Assembly: GCF_044704955.1 (NCBI RefSeq)
Contig: NC_091995.1
Span: forward strand, 86,180,001-86,244,000
DNA length: 64,000 bases
Reading direction: 5' to 3'
From: Pristiophorus japonicus
Taxonomy: Eukaryota
Shown: positions 47,477-60,300 of the stretch, piece after piece
How positions within the stretch are numbered: position 1 is the first letter of the stretch
Layout: every line of letters begins with the position of its first letter
Program-made: the position numbers and the translations under genes
Notes under the pieces: model-generated
Database searches by the model: none
What the model was told of the DNA's origin: nothing
Seen by the model: the letters and a program-made list of their open reading frames with translations, nothing else

Positions 47477-48636
47477 GTAACAGTTTTAAATCCACTTGCA
47501 AATGACAGGTCTAATAGGGCGTGCAGTGGGCATGCGCTCAGTCCATGCTGTAAGTGCGCCGTACGCCATATTGGTCAGTTTGCCTTGTAGTAGTCCAGGA
47601 TGCCCACCTCAAACGGGCATTCGGTCCATTGCCCAAGCAAATCGGGAGCGCCTAACATCTGTTTCAGGCCACTTCGCCAAATTAGCCTGAGCCTGTGCGC
47701 GTCATGAACTGTGCGTGCCACGGTCAATTTTCCTGGCGCACAGCAGCGAAACCAGCGATCCTTAAAGAAACTGCCATCTCTGAAAAGAAGATGAAGACTT
47801 GGATTTACATATCATCTTTCATGGCCTGAAGTACTTTACAGCCAATGAAGTACTTTCTGAAGTGCAGTCATTGTTGTAATGTAAGAAATGCTGTAGCCAA
47901 TTTGTGCACAGCAAGCTCCCATAAGCAGCAACGTGATAATGACCAGATAATTTGTTTTGGTTATGTTGATTGAGGGATAAATAATAGTCAGGACACAAGG
48001 GATAACTCCCCTGCTCTTCTTTGAAATTGTGTTATGGGATCTTCTACATCCACCTGAGAGAGCAGACTGGGCCTCAGTTTAATGTCTCATCCAAACGACA
48101 GCACCTCTGACATTGCAGCACAACTTCAGCACTGCACTGGTGTGTCAGGCTAGATTTTTGTGGTGCAAGTCTCTGGAGTGGGATTTGTACCACAACCTTC
48201 TGACTGACAGGCAAGAGTGCTACCCACTGAGCCACGGCTGACACTCAGTGGCACACTTTTATTCCTGCTTACTCTTAATGGGGAATAAATAGTGTAAAGG
48301 AGACAATGAGTCTGCTGAGATTTCAGAGCACTGTTATCGCTGAACTTCACATCAACCCTTTCTTAACTAAGCTGCACCTAGCCCTGGAGTTCAGCATGAC
48401 ACTAGCGAACCTTGGCCCTTGAATGACTTCGGAAGAATTGATAGTCTGTTCCTCAATCATTTTCATTATCTCAGTACAGGTAAAGATTAACCAAAGTTTG
48501 CAGAACTTGTTCCAGTTGGCTGTGGCTGGCAGCTGGTGTCAAAGTCCTTTCTGTTTGCGCCAGTGAGGATAGGAGATATATGCATGTGACTTCTGACCAA
48601 TGACATCACCTATGTTGGTACAAGCCTGTGACTGCA

Positions 48637-48845
48637 CATCATCATCATCATAGGCAGGCCCTCGGATTCGAGGAAGACTTGCTTCCTCTCTTAACATGAG
48701 TTCTTTGTACAGTCCAATATGAGAACCACAGTCTCTGTCACAGATGGGACAGATAGTCGTAGAGGGAAGGGGTGGGTGGGACTGGTTTGCCGCACGCTCT
48801 TTCCGCTGCCTGTGCTTGATTTCTGCATGCTCTCGGCGACAAGAC
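48637..48845 (-). mobile_element. RTE 3' end (duplicate of 17497-17714), cut off by a CR1 insertion
   Basis: catcatcatcataggcagg tail; homology to the first copy stops at gacaagac. Confidence 0.8.
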
Positions 48846-49383
48846 ATAGAAACATAGAAACATAGAAAATAGGTGCAGGAGTAGGCCATTCGGCCCTTCT
48901 AGCCTGCACCGCCATTCAATGAGTTCATGGCTGAACATGCAACTTCAGTACCCATTCCTGCTTTCTCACCATATCCCTTGATTCCCCTAGTAGTAAGGTC
49001 TTCATCTAACTCCTTTTTGAATATATTTAGTGAATTGGCCTCAACAACTTTCTGTGGTAGAGAATTCCACAGGTTCACCACTCTCTGGGTGAAGAAATTC
49101 CTCCTCATCTTGGTCCTAAATGGCTTCCCCCTTATCCTTAGACTATGTCCCCTGGTTCTGGACTTCCCCAACATTGGGAACATTCTTCCTGCATCTAACC
49201 TGTCTAACCCCATCAGAATTTTCTATGAGGTCCCCTCTCATTCTTCTGAACTCCAGTGAATACAAGCCCAGTTGATCCAGTCTTTCTTGATAGGTCAGTC
49301 CCGCCATCCCGGGAATCAGTCTGGTGAACCTTTGCTGCACTCCCTCAATAGCAAGAATGTCCTTCCTCAGGTTAGGAGACCAA
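48845..49383 (-). mobile_element. Young CR1 3' fragment unique to duplicon copy 2
   Basis: (CATAGAAA)3 tail; ORFs 48899..49213 and 49143..49340 (LGLYSLEFRRMRGDL). Confidence 0.88.
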
Positions 49384-51777
49384 CCCCATATGATGAAGCA
49401 TCACAGGCCAATACAAGATGCTAACATGGATCATAATGAACAAGCAACTTGTTTGAACATAGCAGATTCTTGGCTTTCTTAAAGACGCACCCAGACCCAG
49501 TTCTCACCTTTTCTAAGTAACACATGCAGTGGCTCTAGTAAAGTGCTCAATCTGGGTAAGAAATTACCAAAGTAGTTGAGTAGCCCAAGGAACGAACGCA
49601 GCTCCATTACATTCTGAGGTCTGGGTGCATTTTTGATGGCCTCAGTTTTCGAATCAGTGGGCCTGATGCCATCAGCAGCAATCTTCCTCCCGAAGAATTT
49701 GACTTCAGGTGCCATGAATACCCACTTAGAGCGTTTCAGCCTGAGTCCCACTTTGTCCAGACGCTGTAGGACTTCTTCAAGATTGTTCAGATGTTCAGCA
49801 GTGTCGCGACCTGTGACCAGAATGTCATCTTGAAACATGACAGTTCTAGGAACAGACTTCAGTAAACTCTCTATATTCCTCTGAAATATGGCTGCAGCCG
49901 AACGAATCCCAAAAGGACACCTGTTGTCGATGAACAGTCCTTTATGGGTGTTGATGCAGGTGAGTTTCTTCAAAGTGTCGACAAGCTCCTGTGTCATATG
50001 GCCGACATCAGATCAAGTTTCGTGAACGACTTTCCACCAGCTAGCATGGCGAACAGGTCATCAGCCCTCGGTAACGGAAACTGATCCTGTTTCAAAAATC
50101 GGTTAATCGTAGCATTGTAGTCTCCACAAATCCTGACAGTGCCATCACTCTTCAACACAGGAACATTGGGACCATCCCACTCGTTAAACTCGACCGCTGA
50201 TATGATCTCTTCACGCTGGAGTCTGTCAAGCTCAATTTCAACCGTCTCCCTCATCATGTACGGAAGAGCTTTGTGATCGACAGGCCTTGCATTGGAGTCC
50301 AGGTGAATCTGCACCTTGGCTCCTGTAAAATTGCCAATGCCCGGTTCAAACAAAGAAGGAAATCTTTTCAATACTTGAGCACACGAAGTATTATCCACCA
50401 AGGACAACATCTTGACATCATTCCAGTTCAGCTTTATTTTCTTGAGCCAATTCCTACCGAACAGCATTGGACCATTACCGGAACGATTCATATTGGTAGC
50501 TCGTAAATCACACCGTCATATGACACGTGGATTACTGCATTGCCGAGCACCGGTATGAGTTCTTTAGTGTAAGTACGCAATCTGGCATTGACGGGACTCA
50601 GCTTCGGTATCGCAGCCTTTGTGTCCCACAGTTTGTCGAATGCCCTTTGGCTCATTATCGATTGGCTCGCGCCTGTGTCCAGCTCCATTGAAACAGGCAC
50701 GCCATGAACGACTATTGGCTGGCTCTTGCTCAGGAATGAATACAGTCCATTCACTTCCTCCTCGGGTTGCGTATCCGGGCCATCACTGAACTGGTTCTCA
50801 TCAACCACGTGATGAGCCTCACCAAGCTTGCTCCGTTGTGGAAACATCCTGTGAAGATGCCCCACTTTCGAACATCCGTGGCATGAGTATCGTCTAAATC
50901 GACACTGTTGAGCCCATGATTTCCCCCACAACGGCAACAGGGTGAAATCTGGTTCGAACCAGTTGGCAGGCTCTGAGCAGTGGCAGCTCTGCCAGAAGAC
51001 AACGCCATCTTGTTGATAGTACTTATATCTGCCTCAAATTATCATCAGTCATCATGCATGCCTGGGCAGTCGCGATGGCCTTTTTCAAATCCAGTGTCTC
51101 TGCAGCCAATAGTTTCCTGAGGATCGCATCATGGTTGATGCCTATCATGAAGACATCACGCAGCATGTTTTCCAGCATGTTCCCGAACTTACACGGCTCA
51201 GCAAGATGTCGCAGATCAGCGACAAATCCCGACACGTCCTGGCCCATAGCACGAACATGCGTGTAGAAACGGTAGCATGATATGATGATCCCTGCTTTTG
51301 GCTTCAGATGGTTACCCACCAACGTACACAATTCCGCCGGACGTATAAGCGAGAGAAGATTCTTCATGAGGCCGTAAATTTTCGGACCACAAATGGTGAG
51401 GAGAACTGCCCTGAGCTTAACTGCGTAGGCCTCTGCCTCCATGCCATTGGCCACAAAATACTGATCCTGGCAGTCCACAAAATCTGCCAAATCCTCGCCC
51501 TCCACGAATCTCTCCAGGATTCCAACGGTGCCCATTGTGCATGCGAAGGTTCTTAAATTACCTCGTCGTCAATTGTAATGACTCAAGAGTCTGGTTACTG
51601 TAAACTCACTCAGGTGCAACCTGATCCCTCTTTATTGCAGCCCAAGAGTGCCAGCTTGACAAAGACACACAGCTTACATACAGTGAGCAAGCACATATGC
51701 CACATGCGTACAGCCCGCTGACCTCCGACTGCAGCTCCCTCTGGTGTTTGGTGACCCCCAAGCATTAATACATAACA
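49384..51777 (-). mobile_element. Gypsy-3 duplicated copy (LTR, gag, protease, RT, start of RNase H; 3' part missing)
   Basis: 5' LTR 51574-51777; DTGAS in ORF 50488..50937; RT FQDD in ORF 49479..49997; ends at ACDASSYGV. Confidence 0.9.
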
Positions 51778-52664
51778 GAGGGAAGGGGATGTAGGCAGGC
51801 AGAGGTGCTAAGGTAGAGTGGGGGATACATTGAAGATGGTGATTTTAAATGCGATGCGCTAGAGGACAGAGAGCCAGTGTAGGTCAGCGCGAAGATGGAT
51901 GATAGGTGAAAAGAACTTGATGTGTGACAGGATGAATTTTGGACAAGTTGTATTTTGGGGAGGGTGGAGTTCAATGAGGAGAGTAATCGCGAAATTGAGT
52001 TCCAAGGTGATGGATGTGTTGGGAAGGGTTTTGACGGTGTTGTGAATGAACTAAAGGCTGAGGCAGGTGATGCTGCGGAGGCGGTGATGGATACAGAGGG
52101 CTTTGAAGCCGAACTGTTGATTGGACAGGACACTGTGGGTGCGCATAGTCCGGTTCAGCCTGAGTAAGCAGCAAGGAAGTGGATTGACTCGGGACGGCAA
52201 GGGTACAAATTTGTTGGTGCGGCCTGAAAACAATGGCAAAGGTCTCCGTGTTGTGGCTTTATCTTACCCTCCAAGACTATCTTGGAGTAGTAGATGAATT
52301 TGGCTCTGGAGAAGGAGGTATGGAAATTCCAGACAAGGTTGAGCCACTTCTGACAGTAATGACAAGTCCCTGTTGTGCACCTGATATACCCCAGCCTAAT
52401 TATAACTCTTTGATATACCACACCCCTGTATCTCTCTTGATATACCCCACACCCCTAACTGTAACACTATGATATACCCCACACCCCTCACTGCAACACT
52501 ATGATATACCCCACACTCCACACTGTAACACTCTGATATACCCCACACCCTTCATTGTAACACTCTGATATACCCCACACCCCTCACTGTAACACTATGA
52601 TATATTGCACCATTTGTCTCGCAGTTTCTGAAATACCATATTCACTGCTTTCAAATCACATTTA

Positions 52665-53372
52665 ATGATATACCGCGCCCCATATTATCTGATATACCAC
52701 ACCCCATATTATCTATTATACCACACCCCATATTATCTGATTACTGCACCCTATGTTATCTGATATACCACATCCTTTAATTTCAGATATACCGCACCCC
52801 ATATTACCTGATATACTACACCTTATATTCTGATATACCGCACCCCATATTATCTGATATACTACATCCCATATTATCTGATATACCGCACCCCATATTA
52901 TCTGATATACCGCATCCTACATTATCTGATATACCATACCCCATATTATATGATATACTGCACCATTTATTATCTGATATACCACACCCCATATTATCTG
53001 ATATACCGCACCATATATTATCTGATATACCACACCCCATATTATCTGATATACCACATCCCATATTATCTGATATACCGCACCCCATATTATCTGATAT
53101 ACCGCATCCTACATTATCTGATATACCATACCCCATATTATATGATATACCCGCACCATATATTATCTGATATACCACACCCCATATTATCTGATATACC
53201 GCACCATATATGATGTGATATACCACACGCTATATTCTCTGATATACCATACCCTATATTATCTGATATACCACACCCTATATTATTTGATACACCGCAC
53301 CCCATATTATCTGACATACCGCACCCCATATAATCTGACATCCCGCACCCTATATTTTCCGATACACCACCC
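52665..53372. repeat. 24-bp minisatellite, duplicated and longer copy
   Basis: Same unit, about 190 bp longer than 22770-23285. Confidence 0.95.
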
Positions 53373-54167
53373 CCTTTCTACAACATTCCTCGACAGATTG
53401 GGAAAACGAGTGACCAACTGCAATTCTATTAATTTACAATAATGCAAGAATCATCAGTGAACTGATCAGAGTCACAGAAAAGGCTTTATTTATGAATGAT
53501 TCACATGAGCTGCTGTTTCAATGAATACAGAAAATACAGGAGTTGTGTCAAACTCCTTGATCAGAACAGACACAGCCAGGTTGGTAAAGCTTCCTCAAGG
53601 GACCTCTGCAGCCTGAATCCACAGGTACTGGTCCCTGTGCTGGATAACAGGAACCCTTTCCATTTCAGGCATCGCATCCCAGTCCCAGGTCAGGTATACC
53701 ACAGCTAGATGTTAAATAAAGCTCCTTGTACTCAGCCCCAACCTCAGAATGGTGCTTCATGCTGCAGTAATGTGGCACTTTTTACGATTCCCCACACTGA
53801 CCATCCTTAGGCCTGTTCAAAGGACAGTAACAATTGGTGCATCAGCGATAATTAAATGCTTACAGGCCGAAATGTCTAAGAACTGAATTAAGAGCTCTCA
53901 GACCATTGTCACGTGGAAGTCTGCCAGTCCGCATTAAGGGCAGACCTTCACCCAATTAGTCTAGAGCAGATTTGAATCCAGAGCCCAGAGATGAAAGGTC
54001 AGCCTTTAAACCATTGCACCATCCAATTCCAACCTGCCAGGTTCAATTGCAGGTTCCACTTGAACGATCTTTGTTCCTCCAGACAGCTGACAGACCTGCG
54101 TCAAATTTCCGGCATTTTTCTGCTTTCTTCAGATTTACAGCATCCATGAGTGTTTTTTAATGTTGTC

Positions 54168-54317
54168 TCAAGCATTGAACTTCAAGGAGATCGTTTTGAA
54201 GTTTTTGCCCACACCCAGGTAGGTGATTTTGCCCAGTGCCAGTCTGTTGGGAAAAACTATCACGTGACCGTTTGGGAGTGTGATCTCAAAGTTTTCTTCC
54301 TTGAAAGTAATTTGTAT
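54168..54317 (-). CDS. lgals2: Galectin copy C exon 4 (150 nt incl. TGA)
   Basis: C-terminal part of ORF 54168..54548 after the ttccag acceptor: [49 protein letters not shown]. Confidence 0.93.
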   Translation of the reverse strand: MQITFKEENFEITLPNGHVIVFPNRLALGKITYLGVGKNFKTISLKFNA

Positions 54318-57300
54318 CTGGAAATAAAGAAACCAATAAACAGAAATGAGAGAATACAGAGAGTTAGCATGCAGGTACAGCAAGCAATTAGGAAGGCAAA
54401 TGGTACGTTGTCCTTTATTGCAAGGACATTGGAGTACAAGAGTAAGGAATATATTCAAAGCTGAGATAGATAGATTTCTGGACTCTAGAGGAATTAAGGG
54501 ATATGGAATTTGGGCGGGTATGTTTAGTTGAGGTTTAAGATCAGCCATGATCTTATTTAATGGTGGAGCAGACTCGAGTGGTGGTATGGCTTACTCCTGC
54601 TCCTAATTCTTAAGTTCTTATACATCAAGGCTGAGAAATCAGACTGGGCTTACTAGCTACTTCTGTGACTGCACCAAAGAACCATATCCTTCAGCCTGCG
54701 GTAAGTCGATAGGGTGAATTCACATTGCAGCATGGCCAACAATTCTGTCAAACCAGCTGATTTTACCAACTTGGGGGGCTTGTGTTGTTTCTCTTTATAG
54801 CCCAATGTAATTGGGTTGCCAACTTCTGGTTAGTTGTATTCCTGGAGGTTTAATCACATGATCCTTCTGCCCCCGCCCCCACACGCCTGCCATTGGTTGC
54901 CCGGCATGTCTAACCTCGCGGCTCGTGTGACTATATAGCAGTAGTCACTGTGACAGTTAGGAGCAGTGAGTGAGCTAACAAACATGGCTGCATATGACAC
55001 CGCTATTCCTGGCCACAATGGATATGATTGGGTAATTTCCCTGTCAATCACGGCTAGAGACCGCAGTGCTGTAAGTGATTGGTGTAATGTATGTACCTGC
55101 GAATGTGCTCACAGGTTCACTGTGAGTGACTTAGCCAGTCACGTGATGTTCGCAGGACTCAATAAAACCCCAGTCAATTGAGTTCAGGTTCTCTACGATG
55201 AGGCGTACAGTTGTGAACCTGGTGGATGAACTAGTCGTGTTCAGTTTGATTTTTAAACCTTCGCTAATAAACCAGCTAGTACTTTACAGCAAATATGTAG
55301 CAGTGAATTCTTAAGCAAAGAAACCATGAAGCAAATACACTACAACTGGGATTGATTTTAAGCACAGAATTCACTCACTGCATAGTGCTGGAGAAATCAC
55401 CCTGCTTTTATCAGGAGACATTGCTGTAGTTTCGACCATGAGTTCTGCTTGCTGTAGTAAACAGAGACTCTGTTTAAATAGACTGTAGGCTGTTTGCTGT
55501 AGTGTGCTGTTTAGATAGACTCCTATGCTATAAAATAGACTGTTTGCTGCGAGTCCCGCCCCGCCTCCAACTCATTGGCTGACACAGTGACAACAGATAC
55601 TCTGAACATTGATATTAGAATCAACAGTCTTCTTGTTTTGAAATACAGACAAATAACTGTGACTCTTCAGCAAGTTAAAGAACCAGGGAGATAGAATACC
55701 AGAGATGGAAAATGAGTGTTTTAACACAGTACAGTACACTACCCTCCTATTAGCTGTAATATATTTTTTGATGTATGCCTGGCGCTACTTCTTCAAACTG
55801 TGAGGTCAGACTTGGAGGGGTTGGGGGTGTTAGAAATCAGGGGTTCAAATTGTCTAAAACTAACACAAAGGATATTGTATTTAAATCGTTGTTTTGAACT
55901 GGAGCCAAAATGTCTCCTCAGAATGGTATTAGATGCTTAGAAATGCTAAAGTTTTGGTACCCTGCTGAGATTCTGCACTATGACAGCTGTAATCTGTTGT
56001 TTTCAAGCTAAGACTTCAACTTTATTTCTGTATCTTTAAGACAATGTGTTAAACATTTGTTATGTCATAAAGGAGGTAACACTCTGAAGCGAGCAGTTTT
56101 CTGGTTTGGCCTCATGGCATCAAAGGCAGGATACGGACGAAAGAGATAAGATACGAATTTCAAACTGAAGAAACCCTGGGAAGTATAAACAAGACATGTG
56201 GCCAAAATCGTAAGACATCTTTAGGGCGGGTTCTTGAAACAAGAATCGAGACAAAGAATTGGAAGCTTTATTGGATAGCAAGTTTTAAGGGGAGCCTCTA
56301 TAGGTCAAAAGATCTTATCAATATCCCAGGTCAGGTCCACCCCATAAAAGAGAATAAAAATAACACTTGGAGAGGGGAGAGTGAAACAGAAGTTGAGCTG
56401 GTCGAACACTCTTCGAGTGATCTCATGCTTTACCAAAGGAAGCTCTGGACAAAGGGAAAGAGACTGCAAGCCAAGAACTGCTCACGTGTGTCAGCTGTTT
56501 GTCCGATCGAATCGGTATTAACTATGTGCTACGGTCGTATGTTTTTGCTGTATAACTAATGTGTTAAATTCCGTTTTAAACTCTGATTAAACACAATATA
56601 TCCACCAGATTGGTTTACAGTCGATCCTGATTATGAAAGTGACCAACCAGAGATAGCCTGAAACTTGGCTATTTCCATTAGGTGGGAGATGATAAATGTG
56701 TTACAGTTTGCTCCTTTCATTATCAGCAAAGGGCAGCGAGGTTACCTCACTGAGCGATTTGCAGCCCAGCCCCGCCTTACCTTGACCTCCGCCCCGTGGC
56801 TGAAGGGGAAGTTGGAGTCTCTCTGCTCGCACTCCCAGCTGCCATGGCGCTTGGAGTTGCAGACGATCACGGCTCCGTCACGCTCATCGTGGAAACGGGG
56901 GCTGAAGTGCATGGCGATGTGGTCCGCGGAACTCCCCAGGTTCACCACAAAGCTGGGCCCAGAAAGAAAGCAGAGAATCAGTGTCTGCACCACGGGTTTC
57001 AGTCAACCTGGAAATGTGCCATGCCTTTCTGCACTGGTGCGTGTCTGTGGCTCATTCACAGAAGAACAAGAAGCAAGGTTGGTATCTGTGAGTACAGTGA
57101 CAGACCCCATGCTGTACCTCCCAGAATCATAGCATAGAGTCGTAGAATCATAGAAATTTATGACACAGCAGGAGGCCATTTCAGTTCATCGTGTCCGCGC
57201 CGGCTGATAAAAGAGCCACCCAGCCTAAACCCACTTTCCAGCTCTTGGTCCGTGGCCCTGTACGTTATACCGCTTCAAATGCACATCCAAGTATTTTTTA

Positions 57301-60300
57301 AATGTGGTGAGAGTTTCTGCCTCTACCACCCTTTCAGGCAGTGAGTTCCAGACCCCCACCACCCTCTGGGTGAACGAAATTCTCCTCGATTCCCCTCTAA
57401 ACCTCCTACAAATTACTTTAAATCTATGCCCCTAGTTATTGACCTCTCTACTGTGGAAAATAAGTCCTTCCTATCCACTCTATCTAAGCCCCTCATAATT
57501 TTATACATCTCAATCATGTCTCCCCTCAGCCTCCTCTGCTCCCAAGAAAACAACCTCAGTCCATCCTCATAGTTATAATTCTCCAGTCCTGGCAACATCC
57601 ATTTTTATTCTCAAGGTAAATGAAACAGTCCCTGTAATTATCATTAGTTCCTACATACTGTATTGTGAGGTACTCCTCACTAAAATGGTGGATTGGCCTT
57701 GGAGGGAGTGCAGCGTAGGTTAACCAAAATGATGCCCGGACTTCCAGGGTTAAGTAACGAGGAAAGACTGCACAAATTAGGGTTGTATTCCCGAGAAGTT
57801 GGAAGGATAAGGGGCGATCTGATCAAAGTTTTCATAGTATTATGAGGAAAAGATGGGGTAGATAGAGAGAAATTATTTCAGCAGGTTGAGGATTTTAAGA
57901 CTAGGGGGCATAATGTAACAATTAGAGCCAGACCTTTCAGGAGTGAAATTAGGAAAAACTTCTACACACAAAGGGTGGTATGAGTTTGGGAATCTCTTCC
58001 GCAAACGGCAATTGATGCGAGATCAATTGTTAATTTTAAATCGGAGCTTGATAGCTTTTTGTTAACTAAAGGTATTAAGGGATGTCGGGCAAAGGTGGGT
58101 ATATGGAGTTAGATCGCAGATCAGCCATGATCTCATTGAATGGCGGAACAGGCTTGAGAGGCTGAATATCCTCCTCCTGTTCCTATGTTCCGTTGATTCC
58201 AATATGAGGAAACTCAGGCGGGATCTACAACGGGCAAACGATCTGATCCGTCAGGTTACCACCCATTGGCTAAGTGGAAAATGAACCCCATTGAGCCTTA
58301 ATACTGAAATGACTATTTTCTTTGTTTACCCTCTCAGTGAAGAAATTTCTCCTCATCCGGCATTCGGTTAAGAAATGGAGGTGGGGGGAAAGAAAACGTT
58401 AATCTTACCTGGAACAATTATCTGCTATCCTCCCTTTAATCTTCAGTGTGTCTCCGCGCTTCATATCCATGTTATGCACTTCAAACTGTTGTTTGATGTT
58501 GAAAAGAAAACAATATTAATATAATGCAATATTTTCTCTCTTATTTAAAAGAAACCTGTTGTGAGTATGCTCACAGCTTTGTCGAGCTGCTGCATTGTGA
58601 GTGGCTTAGCCAGTCACATGATGTTCACAGGACACCATAAAACCCCAGTCAGTTGGGTCTAGGTCATCCGCGATGAGGTATGCAGCTGTGAGCCTAGTGG
58701 ATGAACTGGTAAGGTGTAGTTTGATTGTTAAACCTGTGTTAATAAACCAACTAGTTCTTAATAGCAATGTGTTGCTATGAATTCTTAAGCAAAGAACTCA
58801 TGAAGCAAATACATTACAAAATCCTGAATGAAATAAAACCCCACAGAATTTCACTTGTGAATAGGGATGGATTTGCACAACTATTTCCCCGGGTACACGG
58901 ACACGTATACACACACATATCCTTGTAGGTGCACGTATGCACACTCATTGTAGGTGCACGTATACATACAAAACAACTGTCAAGATCATTACAAGCTCAA
59001 GAAGCTTGATACCATCCTGGAGAAAGCAGCCCACTTGATCGGCACCCATCCCACCTTCAAGATTCACTCCCCCCACCAGTGCACCATGTCTGAAGCATGT
59101 ACCATCTACAAGATGCAATGCAGCAACTTGCCAAGGCTTCTTCGACAGCACCTCCCAAACCCCCGACCTCTACCGCCTAGAAGGACAGGGGCAGCAGACG
59201 CATGGGAACACCACTACCTGCAAGTTTCCCTTCAGATTATACCCCATCCTGACTTGAAAATATATCGCCGTTCCTTCATCGTCGCTGGGTCAAAATCCAG
59301 GAACTCCCTCCCTAACAGCACTGTGGGAGCACCTTCACCACACGGACTACAGCGGTTCAAGTAGGTGGCTCACCATCTCCTTCTCAAGGGTAATTAGGGT
59401 TGGGCAATAAATGCTGGCCTTGTCAGCGACGCCCACACCCCAGGAAGGAATTTTAAAAAGTCACGAATATCCAAACGAAGTTCACAAAAAGGGATATGAA
59501 AGTTTGATTCTTCACACTCGATATTTAAGAGGGCTGATGGTGACAGCCCTTCTTCCAGTATCTGAAGGCTTTTAAGTGGTAGCAATCTTTCCTCTGTGTC
59601 ATGGGAGACGAATTGAACTTTAATTTCTGATACTAATAAATGGTAACGGAATGATGTATAGTATAATGGAATAATAACAATGTTATTAATGTCTTTAATG
59701 ATGATGTTTTAAATGTGTTTTACGCTGAATAAATCCAATAAAAATAAAATATTAATCACAATCTAGCCTCCCAACTTCTAATTTTACCCTCTTGAGCATC
59801 CCTATTGCCCTCTAACTTTTTCTCCCATTGAAGACGCTCCTTACAACTTACCTCTTTGACATAGCTTTTGGTCACCTGCCCTAATATCTCCTTATGTGGC
59901 TCGTTGTCAAATTTTCGCTCTTGTGAAGCACCTTGGGATGTTTTACTACATTAAAGGCGCTGTATAAATGCAAATGGTTGTTGTGGGACGGTTGTGGGTT
60001 GAAGTCCCACTCCAGAGGTAGGGCACAAAATCTAGCAATATGGTGGCATTTGTAGTGAGGGAAGTTATCCAGCCCAGTACTCCGGATGTGGGGCCACGGA
60101 CATATGAAGACAAAAAGGGCTGGAGACCCCGTGGATTCAGGACCCAACCTAAATTTAATTCCATAAATTTCACTCAATATCATTTTCCCAGCGAGGCTCA
60201 TTCAATTCCCAGCGCTTCACACTAGGTGACACTGTCACTCACAAGTTAGCTGTCCCTGAACTTGCCTATATATTGCAAGCTCTATCTCTTAAATGAAGCT

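Noticed and set aside
54168-54548. 126-aa ORF as a single-exon gene
   Set aside because: Its N-terminal part is antisense CR1 and intron sequence; only 54168-54317 is a galectin exon
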